The notes below the pieces were generated by a model. That model was not told the DNA's origin and ran no database searches. It saw only the letters and a program-made list of their open reading frames with translations. A DNA stretch of 64,000 nucleotides, taken from an uncultured bacterium. GTDB taxonomy: Bacteria; Krumholzibacteriota; Krumholzibacteriia; LZORAL124-64-63. Numbering within the stretch: position 1 is the stretch's first letter; each line of letters begins with the position of its first letter. Below, piece after piece: positions 18,432 to 31,372 of the stretch. The stretch spans positions 800,001-864,000 of the forward strand of contig CAVSZB010000007.1 of the NCBI GenBank assembly GCA_963732385.1. The letters run 5' to 3'. Position numbers and translations under genes: made by a program.

Positions 18432-20174
18432 TCAACCAATGTCCGTGTAGCCCTTCAGTTTCCGGCTGCGACTCGGATGACGCAGCTTGCGCAGTGCCTT
18501 GGCCTCGATCTGCCGTACCCGCTCCCGCGTCACCTTGAAAATCGTGCCGACCTCCTCGAGAGTGCGCGGAGTGCCGTCGCCGAGTCCGAAACGCAGGCGG
18601 ATCACCTTTTCCTCGCGGCGGGACAGCGTGCTCAGGACCCGCTGCAGCTGGTCCTTCAGCATCGCGTGTGCGGCCACGTGCGCCGGCGACAGGGCGCTGG
18701 TGTCCTCGATGAAATCGCTCAGATTGCTGTCCTCGTCCTCCCCGATCGGCCGGTCGAGCGATACCGGTTCCATGCTCGCCTTCATGACGCCATTTACCTT
18801 ATCGAGCGGCATCTCGAGCGAACGGGCGACCTCCTCCGGAGACGGCTCGCGGCCCAGCTCCTGCACCAGCTGGCGAGAAGTGCGATTCACCTTGTTGATC
18901 GCCTCGATCATGTGCACCGGCACGCGGATGGTGCGCGCCTGATCCGCGATCGCCCGGGTGATGGCCTGGCGGATCCACCAGGTAGCGTAGGTGGAAAACT
19001 TGTAACCCTTGCGGTAGTCGAACTTCTCGACCGCGCGCATGAGGCCCGAGTTGCCCTCCTGGATGAGGTCCAGGAATTCCAGACCCCGGTTCGTGTAGCG
19101 CTTGGCGATGCTGATCACCAGCCGCACATTCGCCTCGATCATCTCGCGCTGCGCGGCCGCCACCTCGCGCTCTCCGGCCTCGATGGCATCGGCGATCTCG
19201 GCCAGATCCTTGGCGGAGAGTCCGATTTCCCGCTCGATCTCGTGGATCCGCTTGCGGTAGCCCTTGATGCGCCTCTGCGCCTCCAGCGCGATGTCGCGCT
19301 GCTCGGCCGCACCGCCCCGCTCACCGTCGCCGTCGGCGCGGCGTCGGCCGCGCGCGCCGCCAGTCCCCGCCGGACGCAACCGGGCCTCCTCGTCGCCCAT
19401 TCGCGAGACGAGGTCCTTCACCTTGCTGTGCACCAGACGCAGCTTGTTCGAAAGCTGTTCGACCTGGGCGGTCGACAGATGCAGGTCCTGGAAGGTCTCC
19501 GTGATCTTCTTCTCGCGCGCCTGGATCATCCGCGTCAGCGTGGCGGCCCGCGTGCTGTTTCCCGCCGGCCGCAGTTCGCGCCGCGCCTCGACCAGTTCCT
19601 TCTGCAGCTTCTCGATCAGGTCGACGGCGCGCAGGATCCGCGTCCCCTCCTTGCGGGGCGAGTAGTGGACATTCCAGGTGCTGCTGTCGTGCTGCACGAC
19701 TTCGTCGACATGGACGTTGTCGGTCATCAGCTGCGCGGCGATCTGGCGCAGCTCCTTGAGCGTGTGGCTCGAGCGGATCGTGACACGGATGACCGCGAGC
19801 TGCCCGTCCTCCATGCGACGCGCCAGGTTGACCTCGCCCTGGCGGGTCAGCAGCGGGACGCGCCCCATCTCGCGCAGGTACATGCGCACCGGGTCGTCAT
19901 ACTTGATGTTGCTCCGCACCGCCTTGCGCAGGACGGCGGCCTTCTTCCTGCCGCGCGCGGCGCGCAGGATGAGTTTGCGCTGCGCGTCCTCCTCCGAATC
20001 GAAAATGTCGATTCGCAGTTCGCCCAGACGATCATAGATGCGCTCGAAGATCTCCTCGATCTCCGGCTCGTCTCCGATCATCTCGTTGATCTGGTCATAG
20101 ACCACGTAGCCCTGTCCCTGGCGGGCGGCCCGCGAAAGCGTGTCGATGATCGCCGCGAAGCGCTGCTTTTCCAT
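18432..20174 (-). CDS. rpoD: Primary RNA polymerase sigma factor
   Basis: [60 protein letters not shown]; region 1.1 present; start MEKQRF. Confidence 0.97.
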   Translation of the reverse strand: MEKQRFAAIIDTLSRAARQGQGYVVYDQINEMIGDEPEIEEIFERIYDRLGELRIDIFDSEEDAQRKLILRAARGRKKAAVLRKAVRSNIKYDDPVRMYLREMGRVPLLTRQGEVNLARRMEDGQLAVIRVTIRSSHTLKELRQIAAQLMTDNVHVDEVVQHDSSTWNVHYSPRKEGTRILRAVDLIEKLQKELVEARRELRPAGNSTRAATLTRMIQAREKKITETFQDLHLSTAQVEQLSNKLRLVHSKVKDLVSRMGDEEARLRPAGTGGARGRRRADGDGERGGAAEQRDIALEAQRRIKGYRKRIHEIEREIGLSAKDLAEIADAIEAGEREVAAAQREMIEANVRLVISIAKRYTNRGLEFLDLIQEGNSGLMRAVEKFDYRKGYKFSTYATWWIRQAITRAIADQARTIRVPVHMIEAINKVNRTSRQLVQELGREPSPEEVARSLEMPLDKVNGVMKASMEPVSLDRPIGEDEDSNLSDFIEDTSALSPAHVAAHAMLKDQLQRVLSTLSRREEKVIRLRFGLGDGTPRTLEEVGTIFKVTRERVRQIEAKALRKLRHPSRSRKLKGYTDIG

Positions 20175-20196
20175 CCTTGTCGCGACCCCCCGTTGG

Positions 20197-21963
20197 TCAG
20201 CGTGCGGCGGCGGCGCGCCGTCGTTCCATCTCGGCAGCCAATTCCAGCCGCTCGTGACCGTCGCGGACGGCTTTGACGAAATCCCCGCGCTCGGGGACCA
20301 GATCGCCCGCGAGCAGATCCGCGACAAAGCACCGGTAGGCGGCGCTGAATTCGTGCCATTCCGCCTGCACGAAAAGGCCCGGTGGCGCCTCTTCGCCGGC
20401 GGCGCGAGCCGTCTGCCAGCGCAGCATCTCGCCGCGCAGCAGGTCCCCTTCCGGCGTTGCACAGGCGCGCTCCGCCCGGAGCCGCAGCAACTCCCCCGCC
20501 GCCCGCCCCGTGTCATCGCGCAGAGCGTGCGCGAACATCACAGCCTCGACCGCGGCCCGATCGAGCCACGGCCCCGCCGGCGCGACCGGCCGCGACGGTC
20601 CCGACGCGGCGGTCCCGGATGCACCGCCAGCCACATCCGCATCCGCGCCGCCGCGGGTCGCCGCCTGGCGGGCATCCCCGCGCAGGCGCGCCGACTCGCG
20701 CTCCAGAATACCCAGCCCGATGCCGAACAGTTCCGCCGTCTCCTGCAGGAGGTACGCCTGGCGGATGGGATCGGGAACCTGGGCGATCGACTCGAGCGCG
20801 CGCCGCACCGCGCGTTCCTTCGCCACCCGTGTACCGCCACGTTCCTCGACCAGCTCCCGCAGGAACGGCAGGTAGCCGGACGCGCGCGACAAAATCCCGC
20901 CCAGGGCCGCCGCGTCGCGCGCCTGCAGGAACGAAGCCGGATCCTCGCCCTGCGGCAGCCGCGCCACGCGCGGTTCAAGTCCCTGCGCCAGCGCCGTCTG
21001 GCACCCCTTGACCGTGGCGCCGAGTCCGGCGCGGTCACCGTCGAAGAGCAGGAAAACCGTCGGGCAGCCGCGGCGCAGCAGCCGCGCCTGATCGGCGGTG
21101 AAAGCCGTGCCGCAGGTCGCCACGCCGTTGGCGAAACCGGCCTGCGCCAGGGCGATCAGGTCAAGGTATCCCTCCACGAGGATGGCTGTCTTCAACCGCG
21201 CGATCGCGATCCGCGACGAGGCGAAGCCATACAGCAGCTTGCCCTTGCTGAAGTAGGCGCTTTCGGGAGAGTTGAGATACTTCGGTTCGCCCTGGCCGAG
21301 CAGGCGGCCGCCGAACCCGGCGACCCTCTGCGCGACATTCCGTATCGGAAAGATAATGCGGCCGCGGAAATAGGCAAAGGGCGGCTCCGCTCCCCGCTGC
21401 CCGAACAGGCCGGCACGCAGCGCCAGATCCTGGCTTACCCCCTCGCGCGCGAGCGCCTCGACCAGCCAGCTCCCGCCCGGCGGCGCCCAGCCGATCTCGT
21501 AGCGGCGCGCCACTTCGTCGCCGAACCCCCGCTCCCGCAGGTAGCCGCGCGCCGCCTCCCCCCGCTCGCTCCAGAACGCCTCCTGCCACAGTTTCACGGC
21601 GGCATCGTTCGCGCGGTGGAAGGCGAGCCGCTCCCCCTCCCCCTCGTCCTCGGCAAGATACCGCGCGAGGTCGATGTCAAGGGGACGCGCGAGCGTTTCG
21701 ACGGCCTCCGGGAAACTCAGTCCCTCCACCTTCATCAGGAAGGAGATGACATCGCCCCCTTCGCCACATCCGAAGCACTTGTAGATCTGGCGGGACGGAT
21801 TGACGTGGAAGCTGGGACCCTTCTCGCGGTGGAACGGGCAGAGCGCCTTGAAAGCGGAGCCGGCCGCGTGCAGCGTGACATAACGCCGCACAACGTCGAC
21901 GATATCGGTCTCTTCCTTGATGCGGACAACGACGTCCCGAGGCAGGCTGAGCGCCATCCGCAC
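20197..21963 (-). CDS. dnaG: DNA primase
   Basis: CPFHREK...CFGC zinc finger, [25 protein letters not shown]; start may be 21957. Confidence 0.96.
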   Translation of the reverse strand: MRMALSLPRDVVVRIKEETDIVDVVRRYVTLHAAGSAFKALCPFHREKGPSFHVNPSRQIYKCFGCGEGGDVISFLMKVEGLSFPEAVETLARPLDIDLARYLAEDEGEGERLAFHRANDAAVKLWQEAFWSERGEAARGYLRERGFGDEVARRYEIGWAPPGGSWLVEALAREGVSQDLALRAGLFGQRGAEPPFAYFRGRIIFPIRNVAQRVAGFGGRLLGQGEPKYLNSPESAYFSKGKLLYGFASSRIAIARLKTAILVEGYLDLIALAQAGFANGVATCGTAFTADQARLLRRGCPTVFLLFDGDRAGLGATVKGCQTALAQGLEPRVARLPQGEDPASFLQARDAAALGGILSRASGYLPFLRELVEERGGTRVAKERAVRRALESIAQVPDPIRQAYLLQETAELFGIGLGILERESARLRGDARQAATRGGADADVAGGASGTAASGPSRPVAPAGPWLDRAAVEAVMFAHALRDDTGRAAGELLRLRAERACATPEGDLLRGEMLRWQTARAAGEEAPPGLFVQAEWHEFSAAYRCFVADLLAGDLVPERGDFVKAVRDGHERLELAAEMERRRAAAAR

Positions 21964-22071
21964 GACCTTCCGACACGACCGGGAAGCACGGTCAAACCGC
22001 GCGGCGGGAATCGTACATACTAACCCCGCAAGTGGTTCCCTGGCAAGGCCGGAGCGACCCGCCCGGCCGGA

Positions 22072-24507
22072 TCAGACCAGATGGACGACCGTCGCCCCGG
22101 CCCCTCCCCGCCGCAAAGGCGCCGGTTCTACCCGGGCGACCCGGTGGTCGGCGGCCAGCCGCTCCAGCAGGGCCTCCCGCAGCCGGCCGGTCCCCAGACC
22201 GTGCACCACCAGGATTTCCGGCACCCCGGCCGGGATCGCCCGGTCCAGGAGCAGATCGAGCCGATCCCAGGCCTCGTCGGCGCGGTGACCCCGCAGATCG
22301 ATCTCCTGGGTCGACGGCGCGCCGTCGCGCCAAACCCAGCCGCCGGCCACATCCGGCGCGGGGACGGCGTCCGGCGGGACGCCGGTCGCCGATGCGCCGC
22401 CGGCGTTGAGCAGTTCGACATCGGCCGCTCCGAGGGTCAGCCGCAGGCCGCGAGCCTCCGCCACGACCCTCTCGCCACGAACCTCCACAAGCAGACCGGT
22501 CAGCCCCAGGTGCGGAATGCGCACCTGGTCGCCGGGCCGCAGGACCGCCATCGACCCGGCCGGCGCGGGGTCGGGCGCTGCGGCCTGCAGACGGGCGTCG
22601 AACTCCCGCAGCTTATCGCGCGCGCGCCGCGCCGCGCCGGTGTCGCCGCCGCGCGCCTCCCGCACGGCCGCCTCCAGCTCGCGTCGCCCCTCCTTCAGCA
22701 GCAGTTCCCCGTCGCGCCGCGTGGCGGCGAGCAGTTCCGCCCGCTCCCGCTCCAACTCTGCGAGCCGCTCCGCCAGAGCCCGTTCCCGGGCACCCACCGC
22801 TGCCGCCCCCTCGCGCGCGTCCGCCTCGAGCGCCGCCAGCGCACGGGTCCGCTCCCCCAGCTCACCGAGCAGCCGCTCGACCTGGAACCGTTCCTCGCCC
22901 ACCCGGCGACGCGCCCCCTCCAGCAGCTCCGTCGGCAGCCCGCAGCGGGCGGCGATGGCGAAGGCATGGCTCGCCCCGGGCACCCCCATGCGCAGCGTGA
23001 AAAGCGGCCGCAGGGTGCGGTCGTCGAAATCCATGGCGGCGTTGAGCATCAGGGGGTGCTCGTGCACCGCGGCCTTGAGCAGGCCGAAATGGGTCGTTGC
23101 GAGCACGGTCGCGCCGCGCGCGGCGAGGGTCTCGAGCACCGCGAGCGCCAGCGCCGCCCCTTCGTCGGGATCGGTGCCGGAGCAGATCTCATCGCACAGG
23201 ACCAGCGCGCCGTCGCCGGCCCCGTCCACGAAACGCGCCAGGTGCCCAAGATGCGCGCTGAAACTGCTGAGCGAATGTTCGATCGACTGTTCGTCCCCGA
23301 GGTCGACGAAAAGCCGCTTCACCAGGGGCAGCCGGCTGTCCTCGCGCACCGGGACGTCCCAGCCGCTCTGCGCGAGCAGCACGCAGACGCCGACCGTCTT
23401 GAGCGCGACCGACTTGCCGCCGGCGTTCGGGCCGCTCACCAGGAGCACCCGCCGGCCCGCCGGCAATTCGAGGTCCAGCGGCACGACCCCGCCCGCCGGC
23501 GCGCCGGCCGCGGACGGATCGAGCAACGGGTGGCGGGCGGCGCACAGACGCAGCGACCCGCCCGCGTCCAGATCGGGGCGGGAGCCCCGCCGCCGGGCGC
23601 TCCACTGCAGCGCGGCCCGCGTCTCGTCAGCCAGCGCCAGCAGACCGCCCGCGTCGATGAACACCGGTGCGGCGGCTTCAACCGCCCGGTTGAGTTCGGC
23701 GAGGATACGCGCCTCCTCCGACGCCATCTCCAGCCGCGTCTCCACGAGCGCGTTGTGCAGTTCGACGACGGCGGCCGGTTCGACGAACAGCGTGCCGCCG
23801 GTGGCCGAGCGGTCGTGCACGATCCCCTCGAGCCGGCGGTGTGCGCCGGCCCGCAGCGGCAGGCAGTAGCGGTCGCCACGCAGCGTCACCTCGTCGCCCG
23901 TGACGAGACCGGTCGCGCGCGCCTGCGCCAGGGCCCGTTCGGCGGCAGCGCGCGCCTCGCGTTCCTGGTCACGCGCCGCGCGGCGCAGCCGGCCCAGGAC
24001 CGGCGTGGCGTCGTCGCGCAGCCGCCCGTCGCGGTCGCAGGTCCGGCGCACGGCCGCAGCAAGGTGCCCGAGTCGCTCCTGGCGTGCAGCCGCGCCGCTC
24101 CAGGTGGGCCAGGCGTCGGGGTCGCGGCGGAAATGGTCGTTCAGGGCGTCGAGTGCGACCGCGGCCGCGGCCACCTGCAGCAGATCGGGGCCATCGAGGG
24201 CCAGGGGCCGGGATCCCTCCAGCCAGTCCATCACGTCGGAGATTTCCAGCAGCGGCGGCCATTCGCCCCGCTCGCCCGGCGCGCGCAGTTCGTCGGCCAG
24301 CCGGCGGCGCAGCGCGATCGGACCGGCCGCCACATAGGGGCGGCGCACCGTCACCGCGGCGGCCGCGCGCCGGTTCAGGCAGAGGCCGGCGATGCCGGCC
24401 GCGACGCGGGGCCATTCCAGCAGACGCAGGGCCCGCTCCCCCTCCTCGTCCGCGGGCCACGCCTCCTCGCGCCCGGCGCGCGCAAGCTCGGCGATGAGCG
24501 GGATCAC
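22072..24507 (-). CDS. mutS2: MutS2 family ATPase with C-terminal Smr domain
   Basis: GIVHDRSATGGTLFVEP, SGPNAGGKS, SLSSFSAH, DEICSGTDP, TTH, IDLRG...HGLGTG; GTG start at 24507. Confidence 0.93.
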   Translation of the reverse strand: MIPLIAELARAGREEAWPADEEGERALRLLEWPRVAAGIAGLCLNRRAAAAVTVRRPYVAAGPIALRRRLADELRAPGERGEWPPLLEISDVMDWLEGSRPLALDGPDLLQVAAAAVALDALNDHFRRDPDAWPTWSGAAARQERLGHLAAAVRRTCDRDGRLRDDATPVLGRLRRAARDQEREARAAAERALAQARATGLVTGDEVTLRGDRYCLPLRAGAHRRLEGIVHDRSATGGTLFVEPAAVVELHNALVETRLEMASEEARILAELNRAVEAAAPVFIDAGGLLALADETRAALQWSARRRGSRPDLDAGGSLRLCAARHPLLDPSAAGAPAGGVVPLDLELPAGRRVLLVSGPNAGGKSVALKTVGVCVLLAQSGWDVPVREDSRLPLVKRLFVDLGDEQSIEHSLSSFSAHLGHLARFVDGAGDGALVLCDEICSGTDPDEGAALALAVLETLAARGATVLATTHFGLLKAAVHEHPLMLNAAMDFDDRTLRPLFTLRMGVPGASHAFAIAARCGLPTELLEGARRRVGEERFQVERLLGELGERTRALAALEADAREGAAAVGARERALAERLAELERERAELLAATRRDGELLLKEGRRELEAAVREARGGDTGAARRARDKLREFDARLQAAAPDPAPAGSMAVLRPGDQVRIPHLGLTGLLVEVRGERVVAEARGLRLTLGAADVELLNAGGASATGVPPDAVPAPDVAGGWVWRDGAPSTQEIDLRGHRADEAWDRLDLLLDRAIPAGVPEILVVHGLGTGRLREALLERLAADHRVARVEPAPLRRGGAGATVVHLV

Positions 24508-24511
24508 GCGC

Positions 24512-25135
24512 TCACCCCCCCGGCCGCGCGGCGGGCCGCTCCGCGAGACTGTCGGCCGTTTCCGGGTGCAGGCGTTCGTCGACCGCCTCGGCGGCCGCCC
24601 CCGCGGCGCGGCGCGCTCCGTCGCGCAGGCCGTGCCAGGCGCGCTCCGGCGCGCCCCCGAGATCGCGGAAGGTGCCCGACAACGCGGGCGCGGCGACGAG
24701 GATCGCCCGGGTGACCGGATTGGCCTCAAAACCAGCGCGGCGCGCTTCGCCGCCCGGCATCCGTCCGGCCAGGTGCAACAGCGCGCTCGCCAGCAACAGA
24801 CCCAACAGCAGGCCGCAAACCGCGCCCCCCGCCCGATCCACCCCGCCGACAATGCCGAAGTGGAGAGCCTTCGCCGCCAGCGCGGCGACCAGCCGCGTCA
24901 GCAGCAGGCCGAGCAGGAACAGCACGATCCAACCTACGTACAGCCGTGCCCGCCCCTCCAGCCGTGTCCAGCCGGTGAGCAGGGCACCCAGCCCCGCCGC
25001 CTCGGCGGTGGCGAAGTAGAAGCTGGCCAGCGCTCCGGCCAGCTCGAGCACGCGGCGCAGCAGTCCTGCCCGCCACCCCTGCCACGCACAGCCGGCGATC
25101 AAGAGGAGTGCAAGAACGGTCATCACCGTGATCAT
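24512..25135 (-). CDS. cvpA: CvpA family membrane protein
   Basis: GWRAGLLRRVLEL, VDRAGGAVCGLL, four TM segments; upstream of mutS2. Confidence 0.8.
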   Translation of the reverse strand: MITVMTVLALLLIAGCAWQGWRAGLLRRVLELAGALASFYFATAEAAGLGALLTGWTRLEGRARLYVGWIVLFLLGLLLTRLVAALAAKALHFGIVGGVDRAGGAVCGLLLGLLLASALLHLAGRMPGGEARRAGFEANPVTRAILVAAPALSGTFRDLGGAPERAWHGLRDGARRAAGAAAEAVDERLHPETADSLAERPAARPGG

Positions 25136-25152
25136 GGTCCTCCAGTCCGGCG

Positions 25153-25608
25153 TCAGCCCTGCAGCAGCCGTTTGACCGCGGCGCTGACCCGCGTGCCGTC
25201 GGCCTGTCCGGCGATCTTCGGCATCACGACCTTCATCACCCTGCCCATGTCCTGCGGGCCGGTCGCGCCGGTCTCGGCCACGGCGGCGCGCACCGCCGCC
25301 TCCAGCCCGGCATCGTCCATTTCCGCCGGCAGGAATTCGGCCAGGATCGCCATTTCGGCTTCGCCGCGGGCGATCAACTCGGGCCGCTCCGCGCGCTGCG
25401 CCCCGGCCACCGCCTCCCTGACCTTGCGCTGATACGAACCGAGCACCTTGACAATGCCGGCGTCGTCGAGCACCACCCGCTGATCGACCTCGATCTGTTT
25501 GATCTGCGCCTGCATCATGCGCAGCGGTTCGAGTCGCGCCTTGTCGCGCGCCTTCATGGCGGCGATCACGGCGGCCTGCAAACGCGCCGCGAGAGGTCCG
25601 GTGGCCAT
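25153..25608 (-). CDS. yqeY: GatB/YqeY domain protein
   Basis: AMKARDK, EFLP, GATGPQDMGRVM, ADGTRVS. Confidence 0.92.
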   Translation of the reverse strand: MATGPLAARLQAAVIAAMKARDKARLEPLRMMQAQIKQIEVDQRVVLDDAGIVKVLGSYQRKVREAVAGAQRAERPELIARGEAEMAILAEFLPAEMDDAGLEAAVRAAVAETGATGPQDMGRVMKVVMPKIAGQADGTRVSAAVKRLLQG

Positions 25609-25689
25609 CGCTGTCTCCTTTCCCGGTGCGCTGCCGCACCGCAATCCAACCTGGGCCAGGACTGACCACGGAGGCAGGACAGCCCCCGG

Positions 25690-26481
25690 TCAGGCGCGCC
25701 GTTCGCGCGCCTCCCGTACGGCCTGCAAAAGCACCAGCCCCGCCGCCGCGGCGGTCTCGGTGCGCAGCCGGTGCGGGCCGAGGCGGACCGCCGCCGCGCC
25801 GGCCCCGACCAGAGTCCCCCGTTCGGCTTCGGTCCAGCCCCCCTCGGGACCGACCACCCAGACAAGAACGTCCCGGTCGGCGACACCACCGCGCAGCAGC
25901 GCCGCGGCGTCGAGCGTCGGGCGGCCTCCGGACGCGCCGTCGGTCGACTCCCGGCGCGCCTCTTCCTCCCCATAGAAGAACCGCGCGCCGGGCAGCGCCG
26001 CGAGGCAGCCGGCCAGGCTGTCCGCCGCGTGCACTACCGGCACGAGGGAGCGCCCCGCCTGCTTGGCGGCGGCGCGAACGACCGCCTCCCAGCGCCCCTG
26101 TCGCCCCGCGCCCGGATCGACGACCGCCCGTCCGGTGCGCAGCGGCCGGATCGCGTGCGCCCCCAGTTCGACCGCCTTCTCCAGCGCCCAGGTGAACCGC
26201 GGCCCCTTGACGAGGCCGCAGGCCAGCACGAGCCGCGGGCCGTCCCGCTCCCAGGGATCGTCACGCACGACCCGTATCGCGACCACCGCCCGCCCCCCCC
26301 GCACGGAGACCAGTTCACCGTCCAGGAACCGCCCGTGCCCATCGGCCAGGAGCACCGACGCCCCCGGGGCGGCGCGCAGCACGCGGGTCAGGTGGTGGGT
26401 CTCGTCGGCGCCGAGCACGATTTCGTCGTCCGGGCCCGGAGAGCCGGTCACAGCGTCGGCGGGCAGCAGGAACAGGCGCAA
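25690..26481 (-). CDS. rsmE: 16S rRNA m3U1498 methyltransferase
   Basis: HHLTRVLR, EKAVELG, AAKQAGR, VGPEGGW, LGPHRLRTETA. Confidence 0.93.
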   Translation of the reverse strand: MRLFLLPADAVTGSPGPDDEIVLGADETHHLTRVLRAAPGASVLLADGHGRFLDGELVSVRGGRAVVAIRVVRDDPWERDGPRLVLACGLVKGPRFTWALEKAVELGAHAIRPLRTGRAVVDPGAGRQGRWEAVVRAAAKQAGRSLVPVVHAADSLAGCLAALPGARFFYGEEEARRESTDGASGGRPTLDAAALLRGGVADRDVLVWVVGPEGGWTEAERGTLVGAGAAAVRLGPHRLRTETAAAAGLVLLQAVREARERRA

Positions 26482-26499
26482 CAGGGGGCCTCCCGCGGA

Positions 26500-27615
26500 T
26501 CAGTCGGCGACGCGGCGGCCGGGGGCGGGAATCTGCGCGGCCAGGCCGTCACGCAATTTCTCCACCAGGGTTGTCTGTTCGGCAGTGAGTCGCGCGGGGG
26601 TCCAGGCGATCACCCGCACCAGTTGATCCCCGCGGCCCCCACGCTGCAGACGCGGCAGCCCCTTGCCGCGCAGACGGAAGATCTTGTGCGACTGCGTGCC
26701 GGCGGGAATCTTCAGGGCGAGCTTCCCCTCGATCGCCGGCACCTCCACCTTGACGCCGAGCATCAGGTCGAGCGGCGAAATCGGCACCTCGATGAGCACG
26801 TCGTCGCCGTGCCGCTCGAAGAGATCATCATCGGCCACCTCCATGACGACCCTCAGATCACCGGCCGCGGCGCCATGCCCGCCGGTATCGCCCCGCCCCG
26901 GCACATCCATATAGTTGCCGCTCGCAACTCCGGCGGGAATCTGGATCTCGACCGTTTCCTCGCCCCGCAGGGTGCCGCTGCCGGCGCAGGAGCCGCACGG
27001 CTTGTCCACGAACTGACCACGCCCCTGGCAGCGGGGGCAGATCCCCTCCGTGATCATCTGGCCCAGCAGCGACTGGCGCACCTGCCGCACCCGTCCGCGC
27101 CCGCCGCACTGCGCACAGGCCGCGGGTCGGCTGCCTGGCGCCGCGCCCGTGCCCTGGCAGTCGCCGCAGGCGACCAGCTTCTTGAGCTTGAGCTTCTTGC
27201 GGGCCCCCTGCGCGACTTCCTTCAGTGACAGGCGCACGGTGATCTGCAGATCACGACCCCGCGCCGCGCGGCCCGGACCGGCACGTTCGCCGAACAGATC
27301 GCCGAAGCCGCCGAAATTGCGCAGGAAGGACTCGAGTGCGTCGTTGATGTCGAAGCCGGCGCCGCCGCCGAAGCCGCTCAACGGCGATTGCGGACCGGCG
27401 TGGCCGAAGCGGTCGTACTGCGCCCGTTTCTGGGAATCCTTGAGCACCTCGTACGCCTCGGTCGCCTCGCGGAACTTCTCCGCGGCGCCCGGGTCGTCGG
27501 GATTGCGGTCAGGGTGATGCTTGACGGCAAGCTTGCGGTAGGCCCGCTTGACCTCCGTCTCATCGGCGGTGCGGGGCACGCCCAGCACCTCGTAGTAATC
27601 ACGTTCATGTTTCAT
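26500..27615 (-). CDS. dnaJ: Chaperone DnaJ
   Basis: [11 protein letters not shown] motif, G/F region, four CxxCxGxG repeats. Confidence 0.97.
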   Translation of the reverse strand: MKHERDYYEVLGVPRTADETEVKRAYRKLAVKHHPDRNPDDPGAAEKFREATEAYEVLKDSQKRAQYDRFGHAGPQSPLSGFGGGAGFDINDALESFLRNFGGFGDLFGERAGPGRAARGRDLQITVRLSLKEVAQGARKKLKLKKLVACGDCQGTGAAPGSRPAACAQCGGRGRVRQVRQSLLGQMITEGICPRCQGRGQFVDKPCGSCAGSGTLRGEETVEIQIPAGVASGNYMDVPGRGDTGGHGAAAGDLRVVMEVADDDLFERHGDDVLIEVPISPLDLMLGVKVEVPAIEGKLALKIPAGTQSHKIFRLRGKGLPRLQRGGRGDQLVRVIAWTPARLTAEQTTLVEKLRDGLAAQIPAPGRRVAD

Positions 27616-27650
27616 CGTGGGCCGGCGGGGGTTGCGCCGCGGGCAGCGCC

Positions 27651-27679
27651 ACGATAAGGGCGCCCGGGACGCCGGTCAA
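27651..27679 (-). promoter_or_regulatory. Internal sigma70-type promoter upstream of dnaJ
   Basis: TTGACC-17 nt-TATCGT, same hexamers as the tRNA promoter at 18394-18422. Confidence 0.6.
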
Positions 27680-27707
27680 GGCCGGGCGACGGCGCGACGG
27701 CGCGACC

Positions 27708-29507
<1,800 letters not shown>

Positions 29508-29541
29508 GATTTCCTCCGTGACCGACTCCGGAGCCCCGCCT

Positions 29542-30132
29542 TCACTTCGCCACAATGACACGGCAGGGCCGGATGACCAGATCCTTGAGCCGATAACCGG
29601 ACTGGACCACCTCCGCGATCTGCCCCGGGACCGCCCCCTCCTTCTCCACCTGCAGGATCGCCTCGTGCAGGGCAGGGTCGAATTCGATCCCGACGGCCTC
29701 GATCCGCTCGAGGCCCTGGCTCATGAGGATGTCCCGGAACCGCTGGTGGATCAGACCCACCCCGCTCCGCAGACTGTCCAGTTCCCCTTCCTGGCCCGCG
29801 CTCTCGCTTAGCGAGATCACGGCGCGTTCGAAGTTGTCCAGGATCTCCAGCAGGTCCCGCAGCAGCCCCGCCACCGCGTAGACCCGCACATCGTCGATTT
29901 CCTTGCGCGTCCGCTTGCGGAAGTTGTCCAGCTCCGCGGCCGCGCGCAGCCAGCGCTCCCGCAACTCGTCGCGCTCCCGGCGCAGCCCCTCCAGTTCCTG
30001 CGCGGCCGCGTCGGACTCCAAAAGGCCCGCCTCACGGCTCTCGTCCGGGACCGCAGGCCCGGTATCGGCGACAACCAACTCGCTGTTGCTATCGTCCGGC
30101 GGCAATTCGGGTTGAGTGAAATCGTCGGTCAT
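29542..30132 (-). CDS. grpE: Nucleotide exchange factor GrpE
   Basis: AELDNFRKR, LDNFERA, FDPALHEA, GYRLKDLVIRP. Confidence 0.96.
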   Translation of the reverse strand: MTDDFTQPELPPDDSNSELVVADTGPAVPDESREAGLLESDAAAQELEGLRRERDELRERWLRAAAELDNFRKRTRKEIDDVRVYAVAGLLRDLLEILDNFERAVISLSESAGQEGELDSLRSGVGLIHQRFRDILMSQGLERIEAVGIEFDPALHEAILQVEKEGAVPGQIAEVVQSGYRLKDLVIRPCRVIVAK

Positions 30133-30198
30133 GACCAGGCCAACCTCCCAGGGCGATGGGCGTCCACGCGGGCGGGCGCCGAGGCGAGTCTCCGGCGG

Positions 30199-31236
30199 TC
30201 AGGCGATCCGCCGGAGGGTGTTCAGGACGACGTCCATCCCGGCGACGGCGCGGGGATAGGGCATGCGACGCAGGCCGAGCACCGCGAGGATCCCGCGGCG
30301 ACCGCCCACCGTGAACGGGGCGGAGAGCAGGCTGAAGGGGCGCAATTCGCCGACCGGATTCTCGTCGCCGATCCAGACCGCGATGCCACCGGCGCCGCCG
30401 CCGTCGAGCCGCTGCAGGGTTTCGCGCATCTGGCGGCGCGATTCCAGGAAACGGATCAGGCTCTTGAGCCGGCCGGGATCGGAGAATTCCGGCTGCTCGA
30501 GCAGGCGCCCGAGACCGTCGAGTGCGATCTCCCCCTCCTCCAGATCACCGAACAGCTCGCTGCCGTCGGCGGCAAGTTCGCTCGCGCAGCGATCGGCGGG
30601 CGAAACGCCGGCATCGAGAGTCGGCAGCGCGCGGGTCCGGATTTCGGCCACCGTGCGCCCCGAGACCCGCTCCGAGAGCAGACGCGCGGCCTGCGCCACG
30701 ACCGCGGCCGGATAGTCGCGCCCGGTCGTGAAGACGCCGGAGCGCACATGCGCGTTCTCGAACACGAGCACCATCAGGATCCGCCGGCCTTCGCGCGGAT
30801 AGAGATCGAGCCGCAGCGCGCGGGCGCTCTCCCACGACGGCCCGAGGATGATGCTCACCCCGGCGGTCAGTTCGCTCAGCAGCGCGGCGAGCACCTGGCC
30901 GATGGCCTGCGTACCGGCGTGCCGCTGCAGCCGCGCCTCCACACGCCGCAGCACCTCGCGCGGAGGCGCATCATCGAGCAGCGGGCGCGCCGCCAGGTAG
31001 CGATCCAGGAAGGAGCGGAAGCCTTCATCCGTCGGCACGCGCCCGGCCGACGCGTGCGCCTGCGCCAGCCAGCCCTCCGCCTCGAGTCGGACCATGACCG
31101 CGCGGATCGTGGCCGGCGAGAGATCCCCGCGCAGCGCGCGCGACACGAGCGTCGAGCCGACCGGCTGCCCCGTTTCCACGTGCAGACGGACGATCGCGTC
31201 AAGGATCTCGTACCGCCTGTCGTGGGCGCGACGCAT
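30199..31236 (-). CDS. hrcA: Heat-inducible transcription repressor HrcA
   Basis: GQPVGS, LSPATIR, AHASAGRVPTDEGFR, IGDEN, GLRRMPY; directly upstream of grpE. Confidence 0.92.
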   Translation of the reverse strand: MRRAHDRRYEILDAIVRLHVETGQPVGSTLVSRALRGDLSPATIRAVMVRLEAEGWLAQAHASAGRVPTDEGFRSFLDRYLAARPLLDDAPPREVLRRVEARLQRHAGTQAIGQVLAALLSELTAGVSIILGPSWESARALRLDLYPREGRRILMVLVFENAHVRSGVFTTGRDYPAAVVAQAARLLSERVSGRTVAEIRTRALPTLDAGVSPADRCASELAADGSELFGDLEEGEIALDGLGRLLEQPEFSDPGRLKSLIRFLESRRQMRETLQRLDGGGAGGIAVWIGDENPVGELRPFSLLSAPFTVGGRRGILAVLGLRRMPYPRAVAGMDVVLNTLRRIA

Positions 31237-31343
31237 CTCTCTCCCCGGGGAGGCCGGCGGCGGCGAGGGTGTCAACGACCTTATTGCGAGGTTGCGGGTC
31301 CGGGCAATCGCCGGCAGCGCCGAACGACCAGCCACGTCTTCAA

Positions 31344-31372
31344 CCTATACTCAGCCGCATCGGGGGTGTCAA
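31344..31372 (-). promoter_or_regulatory. Sigma70-type promoter for hrcA operon
   Basis: TTGACA-17 nt-TATAGG. Confidence 0.55.
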